Assembly (NCBI RefSeq): GCF_023055435.1 | Contig: NW_025963802.1 | Span: 32,550,001-32,614,000, forward strand | DNA from: Haliotis rufescens | Lineage: Eukaryota | Reading direction: 5' to 3' | Length of the DNA stretch: 64,000 nucleotides | Shown: one piece after another, positions 24,338-37,224 of the stretch | How the letters are laid out: every line of letters begins with the position of its first letter | Numbering within the stretch: position 1 is the first letter of the stretch | Notes under the pieces: generated by a model | The model's database searches: none | Seen by the model: only the letters and a program-made list of their open reading frames with translations | Told to the model about the DNA's origin: nothing | Translations under genes and position numbers: made by a program

Positions 24338-25728
24338 AAATCAGTGATGACACTAGGTGTTCGCGATAAGGGACGTCTTGTTATATCGGTAGTACCCGTC
24401 ATTCACACAGTTAGCATACAAAAGTAAGTGAGTGTTGCCTGACGTCGCACCACCGTCCTCCTGCAATGCGATAAAGGAGTGGTTCTGTTGATAGAAAACA
24501 ATCGAGCAAACACATTAGTTGTTCCTCTTTGGTATTGGATTCCAAAGACACATATACAATCCGCACAAAGAGAGATACATTGCAGTGTCCAGCAAATGTA
24601 CAACCAAACCACTGCCTCAAAGATTAACCAAAATCCTCAATACAATCAAGGACGGACTATTTATATTCACAGAACGTATTTGAGAAAAGTGGAATTTATA
24701 CCATGTGGCTTGGAGTTTTAAATCAAGTTAAAATCTGTCAACACATTTGATATTTCAACTTTGTATGTAAACCACTATCCCACACGACAAACCTAAGGAC
24801 AACCTTCGTTCAATTTCCTTGATCCATGGGTCATTTGTAATTAAAGTGGTCACCATGGACAGAGCCACATCACTAGCTTCAAAGCTTCAGACCCCGTGGG
24901 GATATGCTGGTCGTAAGAGGCGACCAAATGAACTGGGCTATCATATGGCTGAACTATTTAGAGGTTCAGGACAGTTTGTCAAAATGGAAGCAAATGTTAC
25001 CAGCTGTGAAAACAATATGTGAAATGCTGGATCCATCCCAGTCACTTAGCACTCAATTTTCGTTCTCATCTCCATGGGGAGTATACAACCCAAGCAGTCT
25101 GTGAGGCGCTAGAAGATTTACAGTACATACTACCCGGTATTTATTCATATTTCGAACAAAGTCACTAGGAGACATGCGATAAATGTGCTTCAGTATGGAG
25201 CAGGAAACTCTCAGAAGTCAAGCTGTAGAACGTGGTCACCCATGCACCTACTTTCCGCAACAAACGTTGCTTAACTTAACCCGATTTTCGTCCTGTACGC
25301 TGTTCACAGGATCAAGTGCCACCAAGTCATGCCAAGCAGCCTTAAAGGCAAGATACCCATTCTTCTCGGGGAATTGACACTTCAAATTGACATTTACAGC
25401 CAGGAGATATCTTGCACTTCAACTGAAACCTGAACCGGGCTCTACCTAATATAGGAAATGATAAGGGATATTTCATTAAGCATTGATGATGAATAGGGAT
25501 TGAAATTCAAATACACGTTTCATCTGCATTATTAATAAAGTCTTATAATAAGACAACTGATATAGGTCATGTTTGTCCAACTGAAATGCGTGGTAAACTA
25601 CACGCATTACGATTGTAACATTTGTAACATCGCTAGAGATGTAGCAAAAATCAAACAAAATCACTCCGGATTGACCATCTTAGGATTTGCAAATCATGCG
25701 AACAGAGTAATGCCACTTATAAACTGTG

Positions 25729-25866
25729 NNNNNNNNNNNNNNNNNNNNNNNNNNNNNNNNNNNNNNNNNNNNNNNNNNNNNNNNNNNNNNNNNNNNNNNN
25801 NNNNNNNNNNNNNNNNNNNNNNNNNNNNNNNNNNNNNNNNNNNNNNNNNNNNNNNNNNNNNNNNNN
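25729..25866. other. Assembly gap
   Basis: N run. Confidence 1.
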
Positions 25867-27559
25867 TAATCTCTAGCGACGTTAAACCCCATTTCAACTC
25901 AGTTTGCATTATCACAGTAAGTATCAGCTCTTTAGCTTCCAAAGCTCATTTATAATAAATATATCGCCTAACATATAATTTTTCAATACTTACAATGCAG
26001 TGTTTATTTGTCTTATTTTTGATTTACATGTAGAACTAAATATGGACTTCTAGCATCTCCTCACGAGGGTCTATTAACCCTTTTATGATATTACTCTTCA
26101 AGGAAACCGTTCACTACCCAAGGGATAAATGTCACAATTTAGCAGTGAAAACTTTCAAAAAGAGGAAATAACCCAAGGAAGCGTCCTCTAATTTTAGGAA
26201 TTTATCAAATAAAAGCGACAAAACCATTTCCATATTCATAAGAAATCTCTTCTAAAAGTCCATTGCGCGGTTCCGATTTTATCATGAGCATATTTATGAA
26301 TCATTATCAAATAATGATGATATCAGGAGTTCGTAAAAAGGTGAGCGTATCCTGCCCCACCGGTGGTACCTGCCACAACTACATGCGGACAGAAAAATGG
26401 ACACATAAATATTAATTTTATTGAATAAATGGGATAATATTCTACAATACTGAATATTAATATTATTTAATTTGACAATCACATCCCGTAATGTGTCAAG
26501 AATGTTTGATGTTATGTCATTGCTAGTCACTAGTTGGCAGGTCAGTGTACCTTGACCTGTTATAGGGGACACGGGCAACCCGGCCAGTTGTCTTATGTAC
26601 CACAATTTGCCGTACAGAGTTACGTCCCTTAGGCGTACCAGACACCTATGATCGTAGTTCGAATCACCGATCTAGGGTTTAGGAACAATACTCTTGCTCG
26701 TGCTTTTAACCAAAGGGGGTAAAGTCTAAAACATGCATCACTTCTTTAGTAATTCAGTAAAATACATTTAAATTAACTTCAAACTTCAAACTTCAAACTT
26801 TATTTATTTGATCTTAATCACACAGAGGATAAATCTTTTTGGACTGGTCTATTACCACAACATGTGAATCTTATATGATTTCGACAAGCCATCGCTACTC
26901 CATTGTCTAGCAATTCGGATATCTGACAACTAGTGTATCTGACAAAAGGGGTACGACCACTCAAGTTATGGTAGCGGATATATTATAATAGAATAGAATA
27001 TACTCTGGCTAAGCGAGGATGCTGCTTCCACAAAGAGGACGTAAACTGCCAATACCACGCCGTGTACCGCGGTATCGACATGCCGTTCATTTTGAACCAT
27101 AAACAGATTGTATGGCTAGCGCGTAGACTGTCAGATAGTCTACTATATATTTTATTGTACAATGCATTTCTCTCCTCTAAAATTAAACCCAATAATATTC
27201 ATAATGCGGATGTGGAATAGAGCTGGCTAGAGCTGACTAGAGCTGGCTAGACTTGTTGAACTGGCTAGCAATGTGTAATCAATTTCACATTACAGGGTTT
27301 ACGCTGACGGAGATATACTTTATTCTAAATACACATCAGCACCCAGATGTACATTTCAAAGAGGTTAGGTGTTTATGTTGAATTTGACATGAACTGTACG
27401 TCGCCGTTACACAGAGCCGGAGCCAGTGTAAGATGCCCGGACTGTGGTGGCTGGTATAGAAATAGGAGGTGTTTTGTGGAAGTATTTTATGTCATGGATT
27501 CCATCAATACCCGGCCCGTGATATCTGGTTGAATTACACTATTATAGCATTCTGTTATA

Positions 27560-28072
27560 TATCAGGGCTTGTATGGCGCCATGCCATCAGGGTCTATATG
27601 GCCCCATGTCATCAGGGTGTATATGGCTCCATGTCATCAGGGTCTCTATTGCCTCATGTCAGGGTCTATATGGCTCCATGTCAGGGTCTATATGGCTCCA
27701 TGTCAGGGTCTATATTGCTCCATGTCATCAGGGTCTCTATGGCACCATGTCATCAAGGTCTACATGACTCCATGTCATCAGGGTCTATATGGCCCCATGT
27801 CAGGATCTATATGGCTCCATGTCATCAAGGTCTACATGACTCCATGTCATCAGGGTCTGTATGGCCCCATGTCAGGGTCTATATGGCTCCATGTCATCAG
27901 AGTCTATATGGCTCCATGTCATTAGGGTCTCTATGGATCTATGTCATCAGGGTCTATATGGCCCCATGTCAAGAGGGTCTATAAGGCTATATGGCTCCAT
28001 GTCATCAGGGTCTACATGACCCAATGTCATCAGCGTCTAAATGGCTCCATATCATCAGGGTCTATATTGCCT
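27560..28072. repeat. 25/22-bp minisatellite (CATGTCATCAGGGTCTATATGGCTC)n
   Basis: Visible periodicity; overlapping ORFs are artefacts. Confidence 0.95.
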
Positions 28073-28767
28073 GGGTCTAACGGCAGTTAATGAAGTGGTT
28101 ACAGTCGCCTCATACATAGTAAACACCCTAACCCAAGGAACACATGCTCTCACACAGTGCCGTACGCCGCCTCATCTACCAAACAAATTGGCCATGTGGT
28201 TTTCGGGATCTCTTGAAATTCCGCCAAATATTGTTGATACATTGGGTCATTTCGCCACAAGTTCTGACGGTGGCATCGTTCTGGCTTCCTATTTTCTACG
28301 TCACTTCCCCAATCTCCAAGTGCTGTTTATCAAGGTGACCGGTCCCGAGCCGTGACTAGCATGATAGAGCAGCCATTAGGCAAATTACAATTGTGACTGA
28401 ATCTCATTGACGATCATGTAACTCTATAGATATCTCCTTGCAAGGATTGTCTCGAGTGGAAGCAAAATCACCACCATCATGGCATTGATGAGGGATTTGA
28501 CAGTTAGGGCTTATTTCCGTCAGAGGCGGTCAAATTTAGAAGCACTTTTTGGTAATAGGGTGCAAGAAATCTTGAATGATCGTGCCATTTTCTTGATCTG
28601 AAGACGATCTGCAGGGTCATTCACATATGTCTTCGCCCTCTGTTGTTATACGATTGGACCATCTTGCTTTTTTAAGAATTATTTGAAGTTGCAAAGTGGA
28701 TTGAAGTGTCTGCAACGATTTGCCTTACACAGACATACACACACCACCACCACTCCACTCACAACCC

Positions 28768-28924
28768 GGAGTCGGGTAGCCTAGTGGTTAAAGCGTTCGC
28801 TCGTCACGCCGAAGACCCTTTTCGACTCCCGACTTGGTTACATTGTGTGAAGACCATTTGTGGTGTCCCCCGCCGTGGTATTGCTGGAATATTGCTAAAA
28901 GCGGCGTAAAACCATACTCACTCA

Positions 28925-28963
<39 letters not shown>
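28768..28963 (+). mobile_element. SINE family B (~160 bp, tRNA head) followed by (CACG)n
   Basis: A-box TAGCCTAGTGG; tail GCGGCGTAAAACCATACTCACTC. Confidence 0.88.
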
Positions 28964-28965
<2 letters not shown>

Positions 28966-29399
28966 CAACCCACCTACCACCAATATAATGCAAGCGAAAT
29001 GTTAATGCAAGCATATAAAAGTATTAAATGTCTAGCGTTGATTAAACCTCTGGGGGAATGGCAATTATATTTAAACTCAAACCTATTTGTAGTGATGCCT
29101 TGGTATTCATTCAAATTTATTTCACAGTTTATGGTTCTCATACGGCAATTTCTTTATTGTTCTCATACGGCGTTCTTGCAAATTTTCAGTGCAATCGCAC
29201 TTGGTCAATTCGTCTTTTAAATCGAGATGTGGAGTTAATATACATTTTCAAGTTTACAATTTAAGTTGTTCTCTTTTTGGACGTAAACATAGGCGAAAAA
29301 CATTTGTTACAATCTTGAATCGAATCCCCGATTTCAAAATGAGCAGCCCAGGATTTTATAGTATCGTCAATGCACTGTCAAGGGATTTGAAAGAATGAA

Positions 29400-29830
29400 T
29401 TGAATTAAACATGTTTTCGGTTTAATCATACTATTTCAGTTTAATGTGGTAGAAAAGCCCAATGTGACGCAAGTTATTATTGTTTATGACTTTGTGAAAT
29501 CCACGAGCAAGCGATTTAGTGTTGACAAACCCAAAAACATATACGGGGCAAATCTGATTGTAGGCAAATTTGCATCTGCCATGCGCAAGGGACACGGCTC
29601 TGCATAGCGACGTCTGGGACAACTGTGCCCCCTGTGCCCCCCTGTGCCGACCTTTGCCCCCCCCCCCCCCCCCCCCCCCCCGTGCCCACCCTGTGCCCCC
29701 CAAGAAGCTAAGGAAGCTTTCAGAAACATGTAATCTGTTCCATTTTCCTGTTTCTATGGGTAGTCGGTGACACGAAGTTTCACAACACACTTTTTTCAGA
29801 AACCCATTATATCTAGCGAACTATTGGAAT
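29400..29830 (-). mobile_element. Degraded LINE 3' fragment (RTEX-like) with a G-rich insertion
   Basis: SCHRLPIETGKW...RCKF motif typical of the C-terminal region; similar to 62086-62283. Confidence 0.5.
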
Positions 29831-31049
29831 AAAACCAAATGCTTTATGGGGTGGGGTGGGGTGATGTAAGGTCACGATGAATGGTATTCAAACATACATC
29901 ACCCACAGAGAAATACATTTTGGGAATCGAACCCAAACCTCCGCTTTGTGACGAGCTAAAGCTTTAACAACAAGGCTACCCACACTGCCCCAAAATGACT
30001 TTCCAAAAGAGGTACCAAAATTATGAACATGAATCACTATTAACAATATTGTCATCGGCAACAACTGTTACAGCACATGTCTTCAAGGGTAGGACATTCA
30101 CAATTAGTTAATTGTACACGCCTACGCATTGGTGTATTGTGTTCGGTATATGTTGTGAAATATAACTGTTGATCAGGGTGACAACAACAATTACTGCGGC
30201 AAGCTCACAGCAACCAGGTCGCTGATCTCCTAATACTTGTCTTGTTAAGTTCACATTATACGTAACACTTGCGACATCCCCTTTTGCCCCCACGCAGCGA
30301 GCTCTCACTGTCCCTCATCACCGCCATCATCATCGTCATCCTCCTCCTTATCACCATCACCATCATCGTCAATGTTGGTGTTGTGGTACACTCAATCACG
30401 CGGTAGCGACCAAGATAACAAACAATTTGTCGACGTAGACCATATACTTTTAACACTAACACGCACTTACGTGCACATACATAGACATATATTTTGTTTA
30501 ATCCGTCAGGTTAGAAACCTAGGCTTAAAAAACCTTCTAGTTTAATTATTTTCACGAAATTTACAACTTTGAACGTCTTTCCATGTATGATGTCAAAAGT
30601 AGTTAGGGTTGTTACGTCACAGATAAGATGTCTTTTACCCAACAACCATTTTGGCCATTACCATAAACTAAAATGTCGTAAAAATGGACTTGATTCACTT
30701 CTTTATATATGAAACAATTTCACTTGTTTCATATGAGGCTTTGTTGTGGTAGTCAGTGATAGTATGTCTGGAGGACTGCAACGCTTCACGTCGGCTACAG
30801 GGTCACAACTACATGTCGCTACAGTAAACCAACACACGACAGCTTGAGTTGCGCAGTAACCGCACATTCAAACCTTGGGCACCCCAAATCCATCTTCACG
30901 GGGCAAGGGAGTTAACTGACTATACAAGTCCAGAAACTGCCTCGGGAAGATGTCCTAAATCACATCCAATATTGTCTTTTGAGATAAATTATTGGTATGA
31001 CCCGGATTTTCAATATTGGGTGTTTCATCCAATCATATTTTTATTTGTT

Positions 31050-32122
31050 TGTTGTACTCTGCCTTGTGTTGTGTTTTCATGTGCCTTGTGTTATGATGTG
31101 ACTTGTATTGTTATGTTGTACTTTACCTTGTGTTGTGTTGTGATGTGCCTTGTGTTATGATGTGCTTTGTTGTATTGTGTTATGTGGTACTTTGCCTTGT
31201 GTTGTGTTGAACTGTACCATGTGTTGTACTGTTCCGTGTTGTGTTGTGTTGTTGCTTGGAGTGGTGTGTTATGCCTAGTTATGTTGTACCTTGTTGTATT
31301 ATGTTGTACTCTGCCTTGTGTTGTGTTGTGACGTGCCGTGTTATGTTGCGTTGTACTGTTCTTTGTTGTATTGTGTTGTACTCTGCCTTGTGTTGTGTTG
31401 TACTCTTCCTGGTGTTGTGTTGTGATGCTCCTCGTTGTGTTTTGTTGTACCGAGCCTTGGTATGTTGTGTTGTACTGTACCTTATGTTGTGCTCTGTCTT
31501 GTGTTGTGTTGTACTCTGCCTTGTGTTGTGTTGTGATGCTGCTTGTTGTGTTTTGTTGTACCGAGCCTTGTTGTGTTGTGTTGAACTCTACCTTTTGTTG
31601 TGCTCTGTCTTGTGTTGTGTTGTACTCTGTCTTGTGTTGTGTTGTACTCTGCCTTGTGTTGTGTTGTGACGTGCCTTGTTGTGTTGCGTTGTACTGTGCC
31701 TTGTTGTGTTATGTTGTACTCTGCCTTGTGTTGTGCTATGATGCTGCTTGTTGTGTTATGTTGTACTCTGTCTTGTGTTGTGCTGTGATGCTGCTTGTTG
31801 TGTTATGTGTACCGAACCTTGTTGTGTTGTGTTGTACTGTACCTTGTGTTGTGTTGTACAGTGCCTTGTTGTGTTGTACAGTGCCTTGTTGTGTTATGAT
31901 GTACTCTGCCTTGTGTTGTGCTGTGATGCTGCTTGTTCTGTTATGTTGTACCAAACCTTGTTGTGTTGTGTTGTACTGTACCTTGTGTTGTAATAAGTTG
32001 TGCCTTGTTGTGTTGAGTTGTGTTGTACTTAGCCTTGTTGTGTTGTGTTTTGATGTGGCTCGTTGTGTTATTATGGACTGTGCCTTGTTGTGTTATGCTG
32101 TTTTCTTCCTGGTTGCGTTGTT
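31050..32122. repeat. Degenerate (TTGTG)n-derived repeat
   Basis: Low complexity; the Cys/Val-rich ORFs are artefacts. Confidence 0.93.
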
Positions 32123-32390
32123 GCCCATCCTATAGGCCACTAACGAGCTTCACGCCAGATGTGATTGTGTATGTAGGAGTCGTCTTCAAGACATTTGAGA
32201 CCGAGATGAAGACCAGTACTCTCTTCTCTGGTTTACAAGTAAAGATAGGTTGTAAGAAGAGTCGAGAACACTATTACTTCTAATTATATATATTGTCACC
32301 TGACCAGGAACATTAATTACATACAACTAGCTACCGGCTCAATTCGAACCAGGAGTTGATGTATCATAACCGACATTTCTTTTCAGAATA

Positions 32391-32575
32391 CAGTAAACTA
32401 CGGTTATAACGAACTCAAAGGGACCACTAACTTTAGTTTGTTATAACCGTAGTTCGTTATAAACATATATACAGCATAACTATATATAACTATAGCAAAT
32501 AGTCGGGACATACAAATCAGTTCGTTATATCCGTCAGTTCGTTACAAGCGTGTTCGTTATAAACGTACTTTACTG
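32391..32575. mobile_element. Tc1/mariner-type MITE
   Basis: Same family as 4734-4908. Confidence 0.9.
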
Positions 32576-33319
32576 CACAGGGTACATTGTGAGGCGATCT
32601 AACGTGTGTTCATGCCTTGAGCAGAAACATTTCATTTAAGAAAACTTTTCAATCTTTAATCATCACTATAATTAAAAAGTGCCACGACGTTTGGATCGGT
32701 TGCCATGGTAATAAATGGGAATATAGTGTTGTCTACTTTCTGTATATTACTGACACACAAACAGAGCGTGATTTGGTCTTCTATTTGGAACTATTTACAT
32801 TTACAGCAACACCATTCGCAAACGTCAACATTTCAATTTGGACGACATTTAAACAAATAATGACAAATACATACACAGAATATTTGTAGGTACTTTTACA
32901 ACTTAGTTCACTGATATATCGTTCAGACAGTGGAAATGTTTTATGCGAGAACACTTGAAGAAATGAAGAAAAACATTATTCTTGATTTCATCGTAACAGC
33001 TTTTGAACTTTATACCTTGTGAATAAAATCTTTCATGGGCATTTAAAAATTACAAACTTTTTTTTTATTGTTAGGGCTACTTCTGTGGTTTTATTGATTA
33101 CTGCTACTTTACAAACCTCGGTAAGCCTACAAACATCGTTACAAACAATAAGTTGTTATCCATAAAAAAATCATGTCTTCATCTTTGGTAACTCGGACCA
33201 GTGGTTTAAGCATCACAGTCTTCTTTCCGGATTTTAACTGTTGGTTTGTTTGATTGTTCTTACCGCCGCAATATTCAAGCTATATATCGGCGTCTGGGCC
33301 AAATAAAGCAGTGATTAAT

Positions 33320-33545
33320 GTCTTCGGCAACCCATGCTTGTCTTAAGAGGCGACTATGCTTGTCGTAAGAGGCGACAAACGGGATCGGGGGTCAGGTTTG
33401 TTGATATGGTTGATGTATGGCATCGATCCCATTTACGTAGATTGATGCTCATGATTCTCTGGTCCAGACAAATCGTTTACAGACCGCCGTCATAAAGCTG
33501 TAATGTTCCTGAGTGAGGTGTTAAACAACAACTAAAACAAACACA
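33320..33545 (+). mobile_element. SINE family D copy, abutting an inverted 3' fragment at 33240-33318
   Basis: Duplicated ATGCTTGTCGTAAGAGGCGAC module. Confidence 0.82.
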
Positions 33546-33584
33546 ACATCGCAAACGGAGATCGTTATTACATGACATAGTGTA

Positions 33585-33755
33585 CAATAAACTACGGTTA
33601 TAACAAACTCAAAGGGACCACTGATTTTAGTTCGTTATAACCATAGTTTGTTATAAGAATATACAGCAAATGTACAGAAAATGGTCGGGACAAAAAAAAT
33701 ATCGTTATATCCGTCAGTTCGTTACAATTGTGTTCGTTATAAACGTAGGTTACTG
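33585..33755. mobile_element. Tc1/mariner-type MITE
   Basis: Same family; TA TSD. Confidence 0.9.
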
Positions 33756-33862
33756 TACTTCCAAAACAATGTTGTCAATAACAAACCACATTTTATCAAG
33801 TCTGATATTGACGTCGTTGGTGTTGAAACGAATAACAAAATATGATCAGTCTCTGTTATGGT

Positions 33863-34145
33863 GGGGGCACGGGTGGCCCAGTCGTCTAAGGCGCCGCGAT
33901 TCGCTGTGCAGAGTTGCGTCCCTTGGGCACGCCGGAAACCTATGATTGTGGGTTCGAATCCCGGTTCGCCCCAATTATGTTTCTAGGTTTGTCTGCACTA
34001 TACCCATGCTCGTGGGTTTCACCGAAGTGGTAAACGTCTAAGACCTGCATCACTTCGGGCTTTCCTCCCACATTAAGCTGACACGCCGTGATGTAACTGG
34101 AATACTGTTAAAAGCGGCGTTAAATCCAACTCACTCACTCACTCA
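33863..34145 (+). mobile_element. SINE family A, full length
   Basis: A-box TGGCCCAGTCG, B-box GGTTCGAATCC, perfect 12-bp TSD CTCTGTTATGGT. Confidence 0.95.
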
Positions 34146-35469
34146 CTCTGTTATGGTATGAAAACATGTTCGGACGGAACGGCTCTCACAGAGATAACAA
34201 ACAATTACTGCACCCGTATCCTTGACCATAGTTGTGTTGAAGCAAGCGCACCGTCACACACCATCTTAACGTCATCATTTCGTGAAACCAGAGACCATAT
34301 ATGGTCTTGGGTGCAGCACAATTAGTTCTTTCTCTGGTCGTTTCATTGTTGAAGGTAATGGCATCACCTGAACCCGTAGAAATCTTGTGATAATTTAGAT
34401 GAAAAACAAATCAAGTGAATGTACTTGGTTTATTCCTATCGCGTTGAACAATTTATTGTGACAATATTAACGCCCTCTCTGCAGCGAAGATTCCTTTTCC
34501 CAAATAAACATGGACCATCCGAGATCTGTAAATTCGTTAGCAGTAATCAATAAATCCTGTCACAACGTAACCAATATTTAACCGGGGGTTGAACCTGCAA
34601 CTCCACGTGACGCCTGTTTTTCATCAGGTAATTTGTCGCAGTATGTCAATAACTGTCAAATGACGGCAGGTGCTGTATGTGGTGGTTACAAGAGGCAGAA
34701 CAACTGCGTCAAACTGAGAGTTATAGATTTAGCGTATTTTCCAGCCTGCGTTTGTTTTGCTGCCTGGGAAGTCTAACCACAGTTCCTTTCAACTTTGCAT
34801 GGGCTAAACCGTTGTGATCCGATTAATTGGTTTGCCGACCAAAGCTTCAATAATCCCCTGGAATGAAATTGTTTGGTCTTACCTCCTGAGACCTATATTT
34901 TGTTTCTCATCTAACGCCCGTCCTAAATTACCGTGTCGCTAATATATATATATATATATATATACAATGTTTTTATATCCACCAACTCCCCCGCTTGAAT
35001 ATATATCACCCTGACCATGAATTTCTTTTCAACTTTTTTTCCCCGTTTTAAAAACAAAAGCGCACAGTGTGTTTTAGAAAGGATAATCAGAGAAGGGAGG
35101 TAACTCTGTCTATTGCTTTGCTTTTGTCGTCTTTTGAAACTTCCTAATTTTGTGTCTTTAAACCACAAATGGAGCAGCCGTTACACTTCGAATGTGACAC
35201 AACAAGAATCAGATTATGAACCATGTTTGCGTATATTTCAATTCCAAATCTAAGAGCCAGTATATATTATTAAATTTTGCATTTTTTTATTTTCTTTCTA
35301 CCGGTAACGGAAATGACACTGAAAGTAATAGTGACAGATTTATATAAATTACAAAAAAAAAATCAATCAATCATCTGTTTCTGCATTAGACACTCAAAGG
35401 TCAAAGAGATATATTAAATGGATTTAAAAACATACCAAGGTTCCGTGGTGTTTCAGTGCTTTTCATGTC

Positions 35470-35638
35470 ATGGTGGGGTAGCATAGTGGTTAAAGCGTTC
35501 GTTTGTAATGCCGAAGGCCCGAGTTCGAATCCCCGCGTAGGTACAATGAGTGGAGCCCATTTCTTGTGTCCCCGCCGTACTATTGGTGGGATTTTGTTAA
35601 AAGCGGCGTAAAATCATACTCACTCATTCACTCACTCA
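35470..35638 (+). mobile_element. SINE family B copy
   Basis: tRNA boxes and shared tail. Confidence 0.85.
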
Positions 35639-35687
35639 TGTAATTGTTTTCATCGCTAGTTTGCCTTTTACGACCAATGGAAATCGG

Positions 35688-35902
35688 TTATTCTCTAGCT
35701 GGCGTTGACGTTTTATAATCAAATATTGATTTGGATTTGTCCCTTTTGGGCTGGTCATTCATTACGGCACCGTACACAAATCTGTCTTCAGTAGAGTAGT
35801 TCGCCTCCCTGCACATGTGCCGCTTCCCAAACCTCGTGAGCTTGCACGTGTACCTTTCAGAAGACATCACCCTCACCGTGGCCTTGCTTTCCATGTGAAG
35901 CC
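35688..35902 (-). CDS. Candidate exon, inverted paralog of 24054-24337
   Basis: Same acceptor context and frame, LHMESKATVRVMSSERYTCKLTRFGKRHMC. Confidence 0.3.
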
Positions 35903-35984
35903 CTGTGTATGTACACGTTAATAAGAATGAAACGTGACGCGTGTTTTGGCCCGGATGATGGTATTTGGTAACATGTCTCACTTT

Positions 35985-36900
35985 GTGAGTTGTACTTTTA
36001 GCGAGGTAATATTTGAAATTTAATGATGTTTCTAATTTGTTTTTGAGGTATCTTAATTAAGTTCGTTGCACTTTCAACGAGGAAATATTAGGCCTTTAAT
36101 AATGATTCTAATTTGTCATCGTATGTGTCTTAAAATTCGTTCCACCTTTAACGAGGAAAAAATAGGCCTTTCATAATGTTTCTAATTTGTCATCGTATGT
36201 GTCTTAAAATTCGGTGCACTTTTAACGAGGAAATATTGGGCCTTTAATAATGATTCTAATTTATCATCGTATGGGTCTTAAAATTCGTTGCACTTCTATC
36301 AAGGAAATATTGGGCCTTTAATAATGATTCTAATTTGTAATCTTGTGTGTCTTAAAATTCGTTGCACTTTTATCAAGGAAATATTGGGCCTTTAATAATG
36401 ATTCTAATTTGTCATCGTATGTGTCTTAAAAGCAAGAAGATTTGTTTTTGAGGTATCTTAAAGTTCGTTGCACTTTCAACGAGGAAATATTGGGCCTTTA
36501 ATAATGTTTCTAAATTGTCATCGTATGTGTCTTAAAATTCGGTGCACTTTTAACGAGGAAATATTGGGCCTTTAATAATGATTCTAATTTATCATCGTAT
36601 GTGTCTTAAAATTCGTTGCACTTCTATCAAGGAAATATTGGGCCTTTAATAATGATTCTAATTTGTCATCGTATGTGTCTTAAAATTCGGTGCACTTTTA
36701 ACTAGGAAATATTGGGCCTTTAATAATGTTTCTAATTTGTCTTCGTATGTGTCTTAAAATTCGTTGCACTTTTATCAAGGAAATATTGGGCCTTTAATAA
36801 TGATTCTTATTTGTCATCGTATGTGTCTTAAAACCGGTTGCACTTGTAACGAGGAAAAATTGGGCCTTTAATAATCATTCTAATTTGTCATCGCAAAGCT
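35985..36900. repeat. 74-bp tandem repeat, ~12 copies
   Basis: Period confirmed at 36241, 36315, 36389. Confidence 0.95.
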
Positions 36901-37224
36901 TTAGTCTTAAAAGCGAGAAGATATCGGGCGTTGACGATTTATATTTAGGATACAGTCACGGTCGTTAATCTAGACGGTGCCCATCCGAACAGAAGTGTTT
37001 GGACAAATTTGCAGACTTACGGGTTAGATGCAATAGACACGTGAAAGCCATCTCCAAATATGACTCATAAGTGACAAAAATAATGAAATTCCCTATGTGT
37101 TCCCGTGTTTTTTTCCAGGTGAACAATTTCAATTAAAATCCTACTGTAATGCAGCATCTTTTATACAGCGTATTATATCTGAATGTTATCATGATAAATA
37201 CCCAGGACCCAATTTGCCGCCACA

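Noticed and set aside
24830-25440. Protein-like stretches on both strands
   Set aside because: No recognisable domain, interrupted frames and no consistent splice signals
28100-28380. Minus-strand LYHAS...W...PNV...GR with RecQ C-terminal-like spacing
   Set aside because: The central AT.AFGMG motif is absent and there are several stops; cannot be distinguished from chance without an HMM search
31241-32135. Long Cys/Val-rich ORFs, and similar ORFs at 5259, 27469, 37133-39472 and 56464
   Set aside because: Translations of simple or tandem repeats
33863-33973. tRNA gene calls for SINE heads
   Set aside because: No proper anticodon arm; followed by SINE body, tail and TSD
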